Notes: generated from the sequence alone by a model not told the origin. A DNA stretch of 64,000 nucleotides from Gammaproteobacteria bacterium (GCA_013288135.1 JABDCL010000004.1:19949-83948); one strand, 5' to 3'; positions 7,300 through 17,197 are shown, counted from the stretch's first letter. Made by a program: numbers and translations.

Positions 7300-9279
7300 T
7301 TATCTGGGTGATGCGGATGCTACTCTAATGGTATTAAACTCCATAGCTCTTCTTAAACGTTCCGGAGTAATACCTGCATGTATAAAACCATCCAAAACCT
7401 TTTTGCGTCCTTTTTTAGTAAAAATTTCCATGCGATCTCCTCCATGAAAACGCCAACTATCTATTTTACTCATTTGTGATCGTGATATTGTATATAGACC
7501 CGCTGTATTTTTATCCCAAGATACATTTGTATTGGGTACAAATGCCTTAAAATGAGAAGAACCATTGAATTCAAATAAATTGCTGGGCTTATCCACAAAG
7601 TTAGCAAAAAGCGCTTTAATAAAACTTTCCAATTGGGTACAAGTAAAATCACCGCCATCAAAAATTGCATCAAAAACAATTTGGTGTGCTTTTATAGCAT
7701 GATTTAAATGAAGCAAGCGTTCCACCTCAATAGAATCCATTTCTGCGCTTTCTTTCTCCTCTTTTCTTTCACTTCTTCTCATCGATAATTTTATCGATAA
7801 TTTGCGCTTTTCTGTTTCTATTTGTCTATTTATTGCTCTTTGACGATCTACAAATTCGTTATAAGCTCGCACTTTTTCTGCATCTCGCTCTCTACGTTGA
7901 ATCACTTGAAAATCTTGCATTATTCTTTCCAATTTTTCTTGATCTTTTTGTCTATTCTCACCAAAAAGAGGAATTGAAGAAGAATCTAAATCTACGGCTG
8001 GTGGAATTTCTGGAACAGATTTTTTATGAACAACAACTTTAGCTTTTTGGGTAGTCTTTTTGGCAGCTTCTTCAGCTTTCCTTTTTGCTTTTTCTTCTGC
8101 CACTTTTGCTGCAACAGTTTCCTTTAATTTTTCTTTAATATTTTTAACTTGAATGGCATTATCATAACAATCATAAAATATCTCCTTTCTTAAACGAAAG
8201 AGCTTATAAGCACGATCCGGATCATTTTTCGCTATTTTTGAAGGATCAGTTTTAACTTTTTCACTATATTTCAAATATTCATCCCTAATTTTCCTTAAAT
8301 TCTCCAAATATGAACTTTCTAAACAATATTTGGCATTTTCTTGAACAAACGATGCAACAACTGTATTTTCATCCAACAATTCTTTAAAGTAAGCATTGAA
8401 AACTTTTACAGTTTCTTCAATTGGTACCGCTCCTTCCTTCGTAAAAAATCTTTCTTTGAATTTTTTATAATTAGGAGATATAAAAGGTTTTAAAATTTCA
8501 AGAAATGCTTTATAATTGCCAGCTTCGTAAGCAGTTTTCCTGGTTTCCATTTCCTCAATAAGTAGCCTGGGTGCAGCTTTTTTCATCTGAAGATAAAAAC
8601 TAAAAAGTAAATCATAAGCCATTTCCAAACAAAATGTATCCTCATAAAGAATTCCATCAAAATTAGTTAATACTTCTTGATACCCGGCAATATTACTTCT
8701 AGCCATTTCAATCAATCCCTCATCATTAAATTGAATTGCAGGACTAAAACTAGGACCCATTTTCTGTGTTATTCCATAAACATCCTTTAAATATTTTTCA
8801 AATTCAGTATTTTTTAGTAAAGGTTTGTTTTGAAAATAGTCAAGGGTAGCTTCATTCCAAGCCATACGAGTTTCTATAATAGACCTAATTGACATAATAA
8901 CTTCTTCTCGTCTCACCGCCTCAGAATCTAAATGTAGTGCTGCAGCGGCTGCTCTGGGATCTAAATATTTCGGATCGGTAGGTTTTGCGCCCTCTCTTTT
9001 ATTCCATGCTTCATAAGTTTTAACCCAGTGATCAAAAACTGGAACAACTGGCGTTGCTCTTTCAAATCCTGTTATACATTCCTCTTGCGCTACATAGTCA
9101 GAAAGACCAGCTTTTTCTATCTCACCTCGGTGCTTAAATGCACATAGATTTAATTCTAATTGTGCTATTTGATCTAATGATAATTCTGATACTGCTTTTT
9201 TCTCTTGCTCGACTTCTTCAATTTTTGTTTTTCTTTCTTCTCTATTTACATTAGCTTTTTTGTCAATAGTTGCCGCCAT
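7300..9279 (-). CDS. Large hypothetical protein (paralog B) with HicA-like C-terminal module
   Basis: Track ORF runs to 9297. ATG at 9279 (MAATIDKK) has GAGGTG 7 nt upstream and matches the MAAV start of paralog A. The C-terminal ~110 aa are roughly two-thirds identical to A by eye. Confidence 0.8.
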   Translation of the reverse strand: MAATIDKKANVNREERKTKIEEVEQEKKAVSELSLDQIAQLELNLCAFKHRGEIEKAGLSDYVAQEECITGFERATPVVPVFDHWVKTYEAWNKREGAKPTDPKYLDPRAAAAALHLDSEAVRREEVIMSIRSIIETRMAWNEATLDYFQNKPLLKNTEFEKYLKDVYGITQKMGPSFSPAIQFNDEGLIEMARSNIAGYQEVLTNFDGILYEDTFCLEMAYDLLFSFYLQMKKAAPRLLIEEMETRKTAYEAGNYKAFLEILKPFISPNYKKFKERFFTKEGAVPIEETVKVFNAYFKELLDENTVVASFVQENAKYCLESSYLENLRKIRDEYLKYSEKVKTDPSKIAKNDPDRAYKLFRLRKEIFYDCYDNAIQVKNIKEKLKETVAAKVAEEKAKRKAEEAAKKTTQKAKVVVHKKSVPEIPPAVDLDSSSIPLFGENRQKDQEKLERIMQDFQVIQRRERDAEKVRAYNEFVDRQRAINRQIETEKRKLSIKLSMRRSERKEEKESAEMDSIEVERLLHLNHAIKAHQIVFDAIFDGGDFTCTQLESFIKALFANFVDKPSNLFEFNGSSHFKAFVPNTNVSWDKNTAGLYTISRSQMSKIDSWRFHGGDRMEIFTKKGRKKVLDGFIHAGITPERLRRAMEFNTIRVASASPR

Positions 9280-9391
9280 AAAAACACCTCTAATCATTAA
9301 ACCTAATTATGTTATAAAAAATAAAAAATTATTATACCATGAAAAGTTAGAAAATAGAATCAAAATTCATTGGAAATGTGTACATGCATAC

Positions 9392-9502
9392 AAAATTATG
9401 TGGGATCAAGTCACAACAATTGACATAAATTCCCCAAATTTATTATTTAAACTGAGTCGAATTTCTAAAGTCAATTGTTGCGACTTGACCCCACATAATT
9501 TT
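9392..9502. mobile_element. Palindromic MITE-like element, variant of the GGGGTCAAGTC family
   Basis: Arms AAAATTATGTGGGATCAAGTCACAACAATTGAC (9392..9424) and GTCAATTGTTGCGACTTGACCCCACATAATTTT (9470..9502). The nadE stop (9443) lies inside it. Confidence 0.75.
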
Positions 9503-11365
9503 TATTTCTCTTTTAAAGCCACCCGATAATATGGGAAACCGACATCCGGTTTTAGGATCAACATTTTCATCATCTAAATGAAAGCTCGGTGCTATTCGCT
9601 CTCGTTTCCATTGATTTTGAACCCAAAGCGTAAAAAAGAGCTCAATGCTTTCAGCCAGGCTTTTTAAAGATTCACTCGGGTATTTTTGTTGCATGAACTG
9701 TAATATCTCAACCGGTGAACGTTTATCTCGTATAAACAAACGTTCAATACTATCCAACCATTCATAAGGCATGAGATCTTTTTCATCTGTTTGATCTGCT
9801 ATTAGAGGTCGTAACTCCGCCATTGGCATTTGTGCTGTTACGGCTTTAAGTGCCGGAATAGGACCGATCCCTTCTAACCCTTCTTTCTCTAGCCATTTTA
9901 GCCATTTCAATATAAAAGCTTTATCAATGCCCGCCAAAGGAGCTAAGCCCCCTGCTGTATCACCATCCATCGTAGTATATCCTACAGAAGCTTCCGACCG
10001 ATTACTGGTGCATAATAAAATAGCTTGTCTAAGATTCGTCAACAACCAAACGCTAGGAACTCGAACTCGCGATTGAATGTTTTGAAAAGCAATATCTTCT
10101 TTTTCCCAAGAAATTTCTCGATTTATTATGGGTTGAATTAACTGCGTGTATTCTAACACGAATTTATCGATAGAAAATACCGAAAAGGGCACTTTCAAGG
10201 CACGGGTAAGTTCAGTGGCTGCTTTTTCTGTCACTAGGCTATTATTAGAAGTCGCCTGATACAAACAATATAAGATCTTCTGTAAACAATCTTCTGCTGT
10301 TTTAACTGTTACTATTTCTGGAATATAGTTTAATTTTTTTATAAAATTTTCTAGCCCAAGCTCTTGAATACCCAATTGAACCATCAAATAAACCAAACAA
10401 ACACAAGCAGAAGAGTCTGCACCCCCACTTAGATTAATCACAAATCCCTGCGTTTTACTTTTACGTAAATAATCATAAAGACCCAAAGCAACCGATCTTG
10501 CAAATTCTTCTTCTTTATTCATTGTTTTTGAAATCATAGGATCATTGACTGCACCCCCTATTCTTTGGACGCCTAGGGATTTAATATCAACAACAGCGGT
10601 AGTCAACACGTGATCTTGAAAAGAAAATCGGGGTCCCTCCGCTAAAAGATGCTCCCCTGCCGCAATCAGTGTATCGCCATCGTAAAGAAGTCGACCTGCC
10701 TCGTTACCCAAGAGGTTGGCATAAATATAAACCACTCGAAAAGCACGAGCCCCCTCTTCAACAAACCGTTTTCGAACTTCTGATTTTCCAAATGCAAAAT
10801 GACTGGCACTGGGGTTTAAAATAAGATCAACCCCTCGTTCAACAAGCCCCAACCCTGTACGATTTTCAACCCAAGCATCTTCACAAATTTCAAACCCAAT
10901 TCTTAAACCTCTTACATCAAATATTAAATCTCCAATAGGATAGAGCTTCGTATCTAATAGCATCTCTTCGCATACTGTATTGGGCCAAGGTTTAAACCAA
11001 CGAGGTTCGTAATGCACACCCTCTCTTGCTAAATTTTGCTTAGGCACAAACCCTAATATTTTTTGATCTGCAATAAGGCAAGCACTATTGTATAAAACAC
11101 CCTGATGTAATAAAGGTAAACCAACCGCAACCATAATATTAGAAGTATAAGGAATAATTTCTTGAAGGACTGTAAGTGCCATTTGGCAAACAGCAACAGA
11201 TAAAAACTCATCTTCACAGCCATATCCTGTAATACAAAGCTCAGGACAACATAAAACACTGACTTTAGCTTCTCTCGCTTTTTGAATACCTTTTAAAATA
11301 TTATTTAGATTATGATCCCAATCTAAAGGCGTTTGATTTAAGGCAAGCGCTCCCACTGTTATCAC
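9443..11365 (-). CDS. nadE: Glutamine-dependent NAD+ synthetase
   Basis: N-terminal CN-hydrolase domain (CPEL..., FEICED) plus a C-terminal NAD synthetase domain with PP-loop SGGADSS. Overlaps pncB by 4 nt. Confidence 0.9.
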   Translation of the reverse strand: MITVGALALNQTPLDWDHNLNNILKGIQKAREAKVSVLCCPELCITGYGCEDEFLSVAVCQMALTVLQEIIPYTSNIMVAVGLPLLHQGVLYNSACLIADQKILGFVPKQNLAREGVHYEPRWFKPWPNTVCEEMLLDTKLYPIGDLIFDVRGLRIGFEICEDAWVENRTGLGLVERGVDLILNPSASHFAFGKSEVRKRFVEEGARAFRVVYIYANLLGNEAGRLLYDGDTLIAAGEHLLAEGPRFSFQDHVLTTAVVDIKSLGVQRIGGAVNDPMISKTMNKEEEFARSVALGLYDYLRKSKTQGFVINLSGGADSSACVCLVYLMVQLGIQELGLENFIKKLNYIPEIVTVKTAEDCLQKILYCLYQATSNNSLVTEKAATELTRALKVPFSVFSIDKFVLEYTQLIQPIINREISWEKEDIAFQNIQSRVRVPSVWLLTNLRQAILLCTSNRSEASVGYTTMDGDTAGGLAPLAGIDKAFILKWLKWLEKEGLEGIGPIPALKAVTAQMPMAELRPLIADQTDEKDLMPYEWLDSIERLFIRDKRSPVEILQFMQQKYPSESLKSLAESIELFFTLWVQNQWKRERIAPSFHLDDENVDPKTGCRFPILSGGFKREIKIMWGQVATIDFRNSTQFK

Positions 11366-12732
11366 AAAAGAGAGGCTCCTGGAAGAGACAATATCACCGG
11401 ATAATGTCCTATAGGTGTTAAGGTTGTTATTTCTCTGGGTAAAAGTTTTATTTGAGAAATGGTGCGTTTTTGTATATCTATTAAAGAGGGTGGATTATAT
11501 ATCCATTTTCCGTTCTGAACGATAGGAACCAGTAAATCTTCATAAGTTTCTTCTTCCATCACTTGTAAATGAAAGGGCGTATAAATATCATAAACAATAT
11601 CTCGTGCAAATTGTCCTTGTCGTGAAATCCGTCGCACCTGATGAATACCCGGCATGGTTTTCTTTCTGACATCATCAGTTCTTTTTTCTTTATAGTACCA
11701 TTGACCATCTTCTCCCCTTAATGCAACCAATTTATAGACTCCTCCTAAAGCAGGTTGATCATAAGCGGTTGCAAGACGAGTACCTACCCCCCAAACGGAG
11801 ATGGCAGCCCCTTCAGATTTCAATTTCGCAATCCTATACTCATCTAATTCATTACTGGCAACAATGATAGCCTCTGAAAATCCCGCCTCATCTAATAATT
11901 TCCTAGCTTCAATACTTAATTTTGCTAAATCTCCAGAATCCAAGCGGATCCCAACAAACTGATGACCTTTGGCCTTTAATTTTAACCCAGTTTGAATGGC
12001 ATGCCTAACGCCTTTTAGCGAATCGTAAGTATCAACTAAAAATATACAGTTATTCGGTAAAACTTCAGCATAAGCATCAAAGGCTTCTTGCTCATCTTTA
12101 AAAGCCATCACCCAACTATGAGCATGTGTCCCTTTAACAGGAATACCAAAGGTTTGTCCTGCTAATACATTTGAAGTGGAAGATGCTCCACCAACAAAAG
12201 CAGCTCGGCTTGCTGTTAAACCTCCATCTGGACCTTGGGCTCTGCGCAAACCAAATTCAACAATTTCATCCCCACCTGCCGCATGACAAATGCGAGAAGC
12301 TTTGGTGGCAATAAGAGTTGGAAAATTAATGAGGTTCAGAAGTACCGTTTCAAGTAGCTGGCATTCCCATAGTGGTCCTTCTACTCTAAGTAGGGGTTCT
12401 TTGGGAAATACGGCCGTCCCTTCTGGGATTGCGTCGATGTTGATTGTTAATTGCAAAGTTAATAAGACTTGAAGAAAATCAGGATAAAATAAAGGTTTTT
12501 GATCGTTACCACACAAGGTTGATAAATAGTCAATATCTGCTTTTGTAAAACAAAAATGTTCGGCAAGTTTAGCCAGACTCTCTAAACCACAAACAATAGT
12601 ATACCCACCATTAAAAGGATGTTCTCGAAAATATAGGTCAAACACAGCTCGCTGCTGATCCTTTCCTAATTTCCAATATCCCTGAGCCATGGTAAGCTGA
12701 TAGAGATCGGTACGCATTGAAATAGATTGCAT
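11362..12732 (-). CDS. pncB: Nicotinate phosphoribosyltransferase
   Basis: N-terminus DLYQLTMAQGYW and the GTHAHSWV motif. Operon-like overlap with nadE. Confidence 0.85.
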   Translation of the reverse strand: MQSISMRTDLYQLTMAQGYWKLGKDQQRAVFDLYFREHPFNGGYTIVCGLESLAKLAEHFCFTKADIDYLSTLCGNDQKPLFYPDFLQVLLTLQLTINIDAIPEGTAVFPKEPLLRVEGPLWECQLLETVLLNLINFPTLIATKASRICHAAGGDEIVEFGLRRAQGPDGGLTASRAAFVGGASSTSNVLAGQTFGIPVKGTHAHSWVMAFKDEQEAFDAYAEVLPNNCIFLVDTYDSLKGVRHAIQTGLKLKAKGHQFVGIRLDSGDLAKLSIEARKLLDEAGFSEAIIVASNELDEYRIAKLKSEGAAISVWGVGTRLATAYDQPALGGVYKLVALRGEDGQWYYKEKRTDDVRKKTMPGIHQVRRISRQGQFARDIVYDIYTPFHLQVMEEETYEDLLVPIVQNGKWIYNPPSLIDIQKRTISQIKLLPREITTLTPIGHYPVILSLPGASLL

Positions 12733-12807
12733 AGTTTAAGTGTTGTACTAAGTTAGCTTGTCGTCAAGTTAGAAAGAAAGACGGAAAACCAGGGAAGAGA
12801 GGGCACT

Positions 12808-13356
12808 ATGTCATTAAAAAATAGCACAAATAAGTATGGAAGCATCAGCAAATTACTTCATTGGACCATTGCCTTGCTTTTTATTGTGCAATTTTATTTG
12901 GTCTATTGGACAGAGTATGTCTTACCTAAAAAATCTCCCCTTGCTGAATTTTACATTGATGGTCTGCATAAGCCCATAGGCATTACGATATTATGTCTTG
13001 CCATATTTGCTGTGTTATGGAGGCTATACAATGTTAAACCCAAATTTCCTCCATTGATGAGGGAATGGGAAAAAGGTGCAGCTCACAGTGTTCATTTATT
13101 ACTTTATTTAACTATGTTCGTGATGCCCATCACGGGTTTTATGATGTCGGTTGCAGCGGGATATCCCCCTAATTATTTTGGTTTGTATCAATTCCCCATG
13201 TTCATAGAAAAGAACAAAGCACTCTCTAATGCTTTATTTGAGGTTCATGAAATAACTTCATACATCATCATTGCCTTAGTTTTGGTGCATACCCTCGCAG
13301 CTTTAAAACATCATTTTATTGATCGAGATAGTGTATTGAAAAGAATGCTTCCGTAA
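12808..13356 (+). CDS. Cytochrome b561 family protein
   Basis: 182 aa with four predicted TM helices. Conserved His positions (LLHWTIALLF, HKPIG, HSVHLLLY, VHTLAALKHH). Confidence 0.65.
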   Translation: MSLKNSTNKYGSISKLLHWTIALLFIVQFYLVYWTEYVLPKKSPLAEFYIDGLHKPIGITILCLAIFAVLWRLYNVKPKFPPLMREWEKGAAHSVHLLLYLTMFVMPITGFMMSVAAGYPPNYFGLYQFPMFIEKNKALSNALFEVHEITSYIIIALVLVHTLAALKHHFIDRDSVLKRMLP

Positions 13357-13416
13357 TCCCTATTAACCCCTACATTTGAATACAAAATCTAACAATGATA
13401 AAATTCTTATTTTTAA

Positions 13417-15669
13417 ATGGTTTTTGGGGCTTTAATGACATTTGATAATGAATCTAAATCTTTTTGGCCGCAAATTTCATTGGATTTAAAACTATGGGTG
13501 TATATCCTTTCTTTATTTCAATGCTATCGTTTATTATTCATCGCATTATTTTCAACACAAATCGCCAGTTCCACCAGTTACTTTGAAATTATTCAGAGTG
13601 TTCTACAAGGTTTGCGTTTTGACTCAATTTGGGCAAGCAGTTTTGTTTTTGTCACATTGATCACCTGTTCTTTACCCACACTCTGTTTACCACAACGATT
13701 TTTAATTTATATCCCCAAATGGCGCAGTCTTTGGTTTGGGATATTAACAATTGCAACTGTTAGCATTTGTGTCATAAACTACGTCTACTACAAAGAATAT
13801 AACGATACATTCAACGAGATTTTGTTTGGATTACTATTTGATGATACTCAAGCTATTTTTAAGACATTAATTTTCGAATATCATTTCATTGAATATATCA
13901 TCTTAATCAGTTTATTATCTTTTGCGTTGCTTAAATTTTTTGGCAATTGGTTTGCAAAACCTTTTTTACCAAATACATTAACTTTAACTTATCCTAAATT
14001 TTGCAGCTTAGCATTAATAATACTTTTAGTTGCTGGATTTCGAGGTGGCTTAGGGCCTAGACCAATGCAATACAGAGACGCAGGGGTAACAACGGATACT
14101 TTTTTAAATAAAACCATCCTGCCACCCTTTGCGTCATTACGATATGCCATTAAAAAACATAATACCATCAATAGCGCAGACGGCATTAAAGAGTGGTTAG
14201 GAAATCAAAGCATTCAAACAGCTGCAGAAATTTATTTCAAAAAACCTCCTCAAAAAAATCTAGATGATTATATGAAAAGAGTATCTCAAGGTTCTGTCGT
14301 TTCTGAAGGCGTACGTCCTCGTCATATTTTTTTAATTGTGATGGAAAGTTATGATGCCTGGCCTTTATTACCTCAGTATAACCATTTAGAAATTGCCAAG
14401 GAATTGAAGGCTCTGGCAGCTGAAGGTATTTATTTCAAAGCGTTTGTTTCAGCGGGCGAATTAACCATGCCCTCATTAGCGCCAATTATAACAGGTTTAC
14501 CAGATGCAAAAATAGCAAGCAATTATCAACCAAGTTCTAAGCACCCTTTTCCAACGGCATTAGCATCCAATTTTAAAAAATTAGGCTACAAAACTCAGTT
14601 ATTTTACGGTGGATTTTTAACTTGGGAGCGTATTGAGGACTTTGCTAAAAACCAGGATTTTGATGTGGTTTATGGCGCCCCTCATATTGCCAATTGGCTA
14701 TCAACCAATGAATGGGGTATTGATGATGCCAGTTTGTTTGACTTTATCAGCACAACCATTGCAAAAGATAATAATAACAATACTCCCACTTTTAATTTAA
14801 TTATGTCAACCAGTAATCATCCCCCCTTTAGTATTGACCTTAAAAAAATGGGCTTTGATGAAGAAAAAATGAAACAAATTTTAAAAAATTATCCCAATGG
14901 AAGAGCTACGGCTAAAACACTGGGGCATTTTTGGTATGCGGATAAAGTATTAGGGCAATTTGTGCGAAAAATATCCAAAGATATACCTAAAAGTCTTTTT
15001 GCAATTACAGGAGATCATCCCAGTCGTCGTCATGTGTTATTGAATATGCCTAGCTATGATGCCAGTGCCGTTCCTTTGGTATTGTACGGACCTGACATTC
15101 TATCAAACAAGAAAATATCAACAAATAATGTAGCTGGTGGACATCTAGATATTGCCCCTACCCTCCTAGAATTGGCTGCGCCTAAAGGGTTTTCTTATCA
15201 TTCTATGGGTCGAAATCTATTAGCAGATCATGATTCAACTGAAACCGCATTTATGAGTCCATTGATAGGTTTTGGCAATGAGCGCATTATATTACCCAAT
15301 TGCCAAGTTTTAAGTCTCTCAGGGAAAGAAACTGTAGGTTCCCCAGAGTACAGTGAACAATTAAGAGCCTATTATCGTGCAGCAACGGCAATTGCTTGGT
15401 GGCGAATTAAAAAAGGGCCGGATTTTGGGGGTCAAGTCTTTTTTCAGGATAGGTTCTTTAAAACCTATCCTGAAAAAAGACTTGACCCCCAACGCGACCC
15501 CTTCCAAATCCCTGCAGAAATCAAAAAAGTTGCAGGAATTGTTAAGACCCATGCCCAGACAATTCTTCTTGCAATTCCCCAACGAACTGCTGATAAAGTT
15601 TGTATGGAGCCAACCCCCACGATAGAGCCCGTAATAGTATGTGTGGTTGAAACCGGAATCCCAAAATAA
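13417..15669 (+). CDS. Membrane-anchored sulfatase/LTA-synthase-family (phosphoglycerol-transferase-like) protein; 3' end remodelled by a MITE
   Basis: N-terminal multi-TM region followed by a sulfatase-like domain (IFLIVMESYDAW, TGDHPS). The last ~80 codons are read from the MITE and from the antisense strand of pit. Confidence 0.65.
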   Translation: MVFGALMTFDNESKSFWPQISLDLKLWVYILSLFQCYRLLFIALFSTQIASSTSYFEIIQSVLQGLRFDSIWASSFVFVTLITCSLPTLCLPQRFLIYIPKWRSLWFGILTIATVSICVINYVYYKEYNDTFNEILFGLLFDDTQAIFKTLIFEYHFIEYIILISLLSFALLKFFGNWFAKPFLPNTLTLTYPKFCSLALIILLVAGFRGGLGPRPMQYRDAGVTTDTFLNKTILPPFASLRYAIKKHNTINSADGIKEWLGNQSIQTAAEIYFKKPPQKNLDDYMKRVSQGSVVSEGVRPRHIFLIVMESYDAWPLLPQYNHLEIAKELKALAAEGIYFKAFVSAGELTMPSLAPIITGLPDAKIASNYQPSSKHPFPTALASNFKKLGYKTQLFYGGFLTWERIEDFAKNQDFDVVYGAPHIANWLSTNEWGIDDASLFDFISTTIAKDNNNNTPTFNLIMSTSNHPPFSIDLKKMGFDEEKMKQILKNYPNGRATAKTLGHFWYADKVLGQFVRKISKDIPKSLFAITGDHPSRRHVLLNMPSYDASAVPLVLYGPDILSNKKISTNNVAGGHLDIAPTLLELAAPKGFSYHSMGRNLLADHDSTETAFMSPLIGFGNERIILPNCQVLSLSGKETVGSPEYSEQLRAYYRAATAIAWWRIKKGPDFGGQVFFQDRFFKTYPEKRLDPQRDPFQIPAEIKKVAGIVKTHAQTILLAIPQRTADKVCMEPTPTIEPVIVCVVETGIPK
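15427..15490. mobile_element. 64-bp palindromic MITE (GGGGTCAAGTC family)
   Basis: GGGGGTCAAGTCTTTTTTCAGGATAGG ... CCTATCCTGAAAAAAGACTTGACCCCC, placed between or inside two convergent ORFs. Confidence 0.85.
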
Positions 15670-16466
15670 GTTGCTACAAATAGTGCAATACCTGCCGAAG
15701 TTTCAGCACAAAAACCATGAACTGGTTTTAATTTGGTAATTTTCATCCCCATGGTTTTAATGATGCGCCAACCTCCAAACAAAGTTCCCATCGCCATCAT
15801 AAAATTACAAGAAATAATCACCCAAAAAGGAATATTAAACTCATGCCCCGATGGTTCAACAGAATATAATAAAACCGCAATAATACCCATGGTTTTTTGT
15901 GCATCATTCCCCCCATGCCCTAAACTCACCCAAGCGGAAGAGAGTAATTGAAGTTTTTGAAACAACACATCAACTTGGTGACGAGTGGAATCATAAAAAA
16001 TCCTAACAACCACTACCATTAAAATAAATCCTAACAATAACCCCAAAACAGGAGAACCTATTATTGAAAGCAGTATTTTGCTTAAACCAGCAAAATTGAT
16101 AGTATCAATATTTGATTTTGCAACAGCAGCCCCAACGATACCGCCAATTAAAGCATGAGAAGAACTAGAAGGTAGACCAAAATACCAAGTCAGGATATTC
16201 CAAAAAATGGCGGCAATCAATGCAGCAAAAACCACCATTGGTTCAATCACATTAGGATCGACCAATCCAGTTCCAATGGTATTAGCAACGTGTAACTCAA
16301 AAACTAAAAATGCAACAAAATTAAAAAATGCTGCCCATAATACCGCCCAGTGCGGTTTTAAAACACGTGTAGAAACAATGGTGGCAATCGAATTAGCGGA
16401 ATCATGAAAGCCATTTAAAAAGTCAAAAATGAATGCCAGCAGTATAATTAAGATGATAAAGGTCAT
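15465..16466 (-). CDS. pit: Inorganic phosphate transporter, PiT family
   Basis: FDFLNGFHDSANSIAT and GIPVSTTHTITGSIVGVG motifs. The last 8 codons and the stop (WGSSLFSG*) are MITE-encoded. Confidence 0.85.
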   Translation of the reverse strand: MTFIILIILLAFIFDFLNGFHDSANSIATIVSTRVLKPHWAVLWAAFFNFVAFLVFELHVANTIGTGLVDPNVIEPMVVFAALIAAIFWNILTWYFGLPSSSSHALIGGIVGAAVAKSNIDTINFAGLSKILLSIIGSPVLGLLLGFILMVVVVRIFYDSTRHQVDVLFQKLQLLSSAWVSLGHGGNDAQKTMGIIAVLLYSVEPSGHEFNIPFWVIISCNFMMAMGTLFGGWRIIKTMGMKITKLKPVHGFCAETSAGIALFVATYFGIPVSTTHTITGSIVGVGSIQTLSAVRWGIARRIVWAWVLTIPATFLISAGIWKGSRWGSSLFSG

Positions 16467-17089
16467 GAATACTCCAGAACAATATCTTTTATAATAACTG
16501 CCACAATGCGACAGCCTCCGATAATGTTCTTAGTGTCTTCATAAAGTTCTTTAGTGATAATCAATTTTTTAAAATCAGACTCTTCTTTATAAAGTTTGGC
16601 AACCCCTGCCAAAACAATGTGCTGAGAAGCACCCTCTAAAGGTTTAATCGCATCACATAAAGATAAAATCTCTGTTGAATTTTTAAGAGAATTAAGAGAA
16701 CTTACAGCCTTTAGAATAATTTCTGAAGATCGGTGACACAAATCCCCCAAGGTCACAATCTCTAACGGGGTACTTTTTACTTCATAAGTTACAATTTTTT
16801 GTGTCGTTCTTTTTATATAATCCACGGAATCATCGAGTTTACTAACCAACCTATGAATATCGTACCGATCAAACGGAGTAATAAACGTTTTATGTAATTT
16901 AGCAAGTGTAAGTTCTTCTATTTTATCTGCACAATGTTCATGATGAGAGATCTGCTTTGAATAGAGCTCTTTATTATTGAGATCTGATAACATCAATTTA
17001 AATTGTTGGGAGGCTTTAACTAATTCTTCCGCAGCACTTTGAAATAGTTTAAAAAAATCTTCATCAGATGGAAAGAATATTTTTAACAT
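16463..17089 (-). CDS. DUF47/TIGR00153 PhoU-like phosphate transport regulator
   Basis: 208-aa helical protein directly upstream of pit with a 4-nt overlap, the usual DUF47-pit arrangement. Confidence 0.7.
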   Translation of the reverse strand: MLKIFFPSDEDFFKLFQSAAEELVKASQQFKLMLSDLNNKELYSKQISHHEHCADKIEELTLAKLHKTFITPFDRYDIHRLVSKLDDSVDYIKRTTQKIVTYEVKSTPLEIVTLGDLCHRSSEIILKAVSSLNSLKNSTEILSLCDAIKPLEGASQHIVLAGVAKLYKEESDFKKLIITKELYEDTKNIIGGCRIVAVIIKDIVLEYS

Positions 17090-17098
17090 ATATATAGC

Positions 17099-17178
17099 CC
17101 TTCAGATAAATACTTTGTTTCGGTCGCAAAACTCGCTATGCAGAAACACCTCTCCCTCACAAAATATTTATCTGAAGG
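17099..17178. repeat. 80-bp hairpin element (20-bp arms, 19/20 complementary)
   Basis: CCTTCAGATAAATACTTTGT ... ACAAAATATTTATCTGAAGG, located between the tsaB stop and the DUF47 start. Confidence 0.7.
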
Positions 17179-17197
17179 ACTATAGTGTTCCATGTAT

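Noticed and set aside
9260-9529. ORF 9260..9529(+), and likewise 39346..39585(+)
   Set aside because: Both are seeded inside palindromic MITEs and then run antisense to well-supported genes (nadE and the ELM1-like gene).
15361-15625. ORFs 15361..15582(-) and 15377..15625(+) around the MITE
   Set aside because: They are alternative-frame readings of the palindrome and of the sulfatase/pit overlap, with no independent support.
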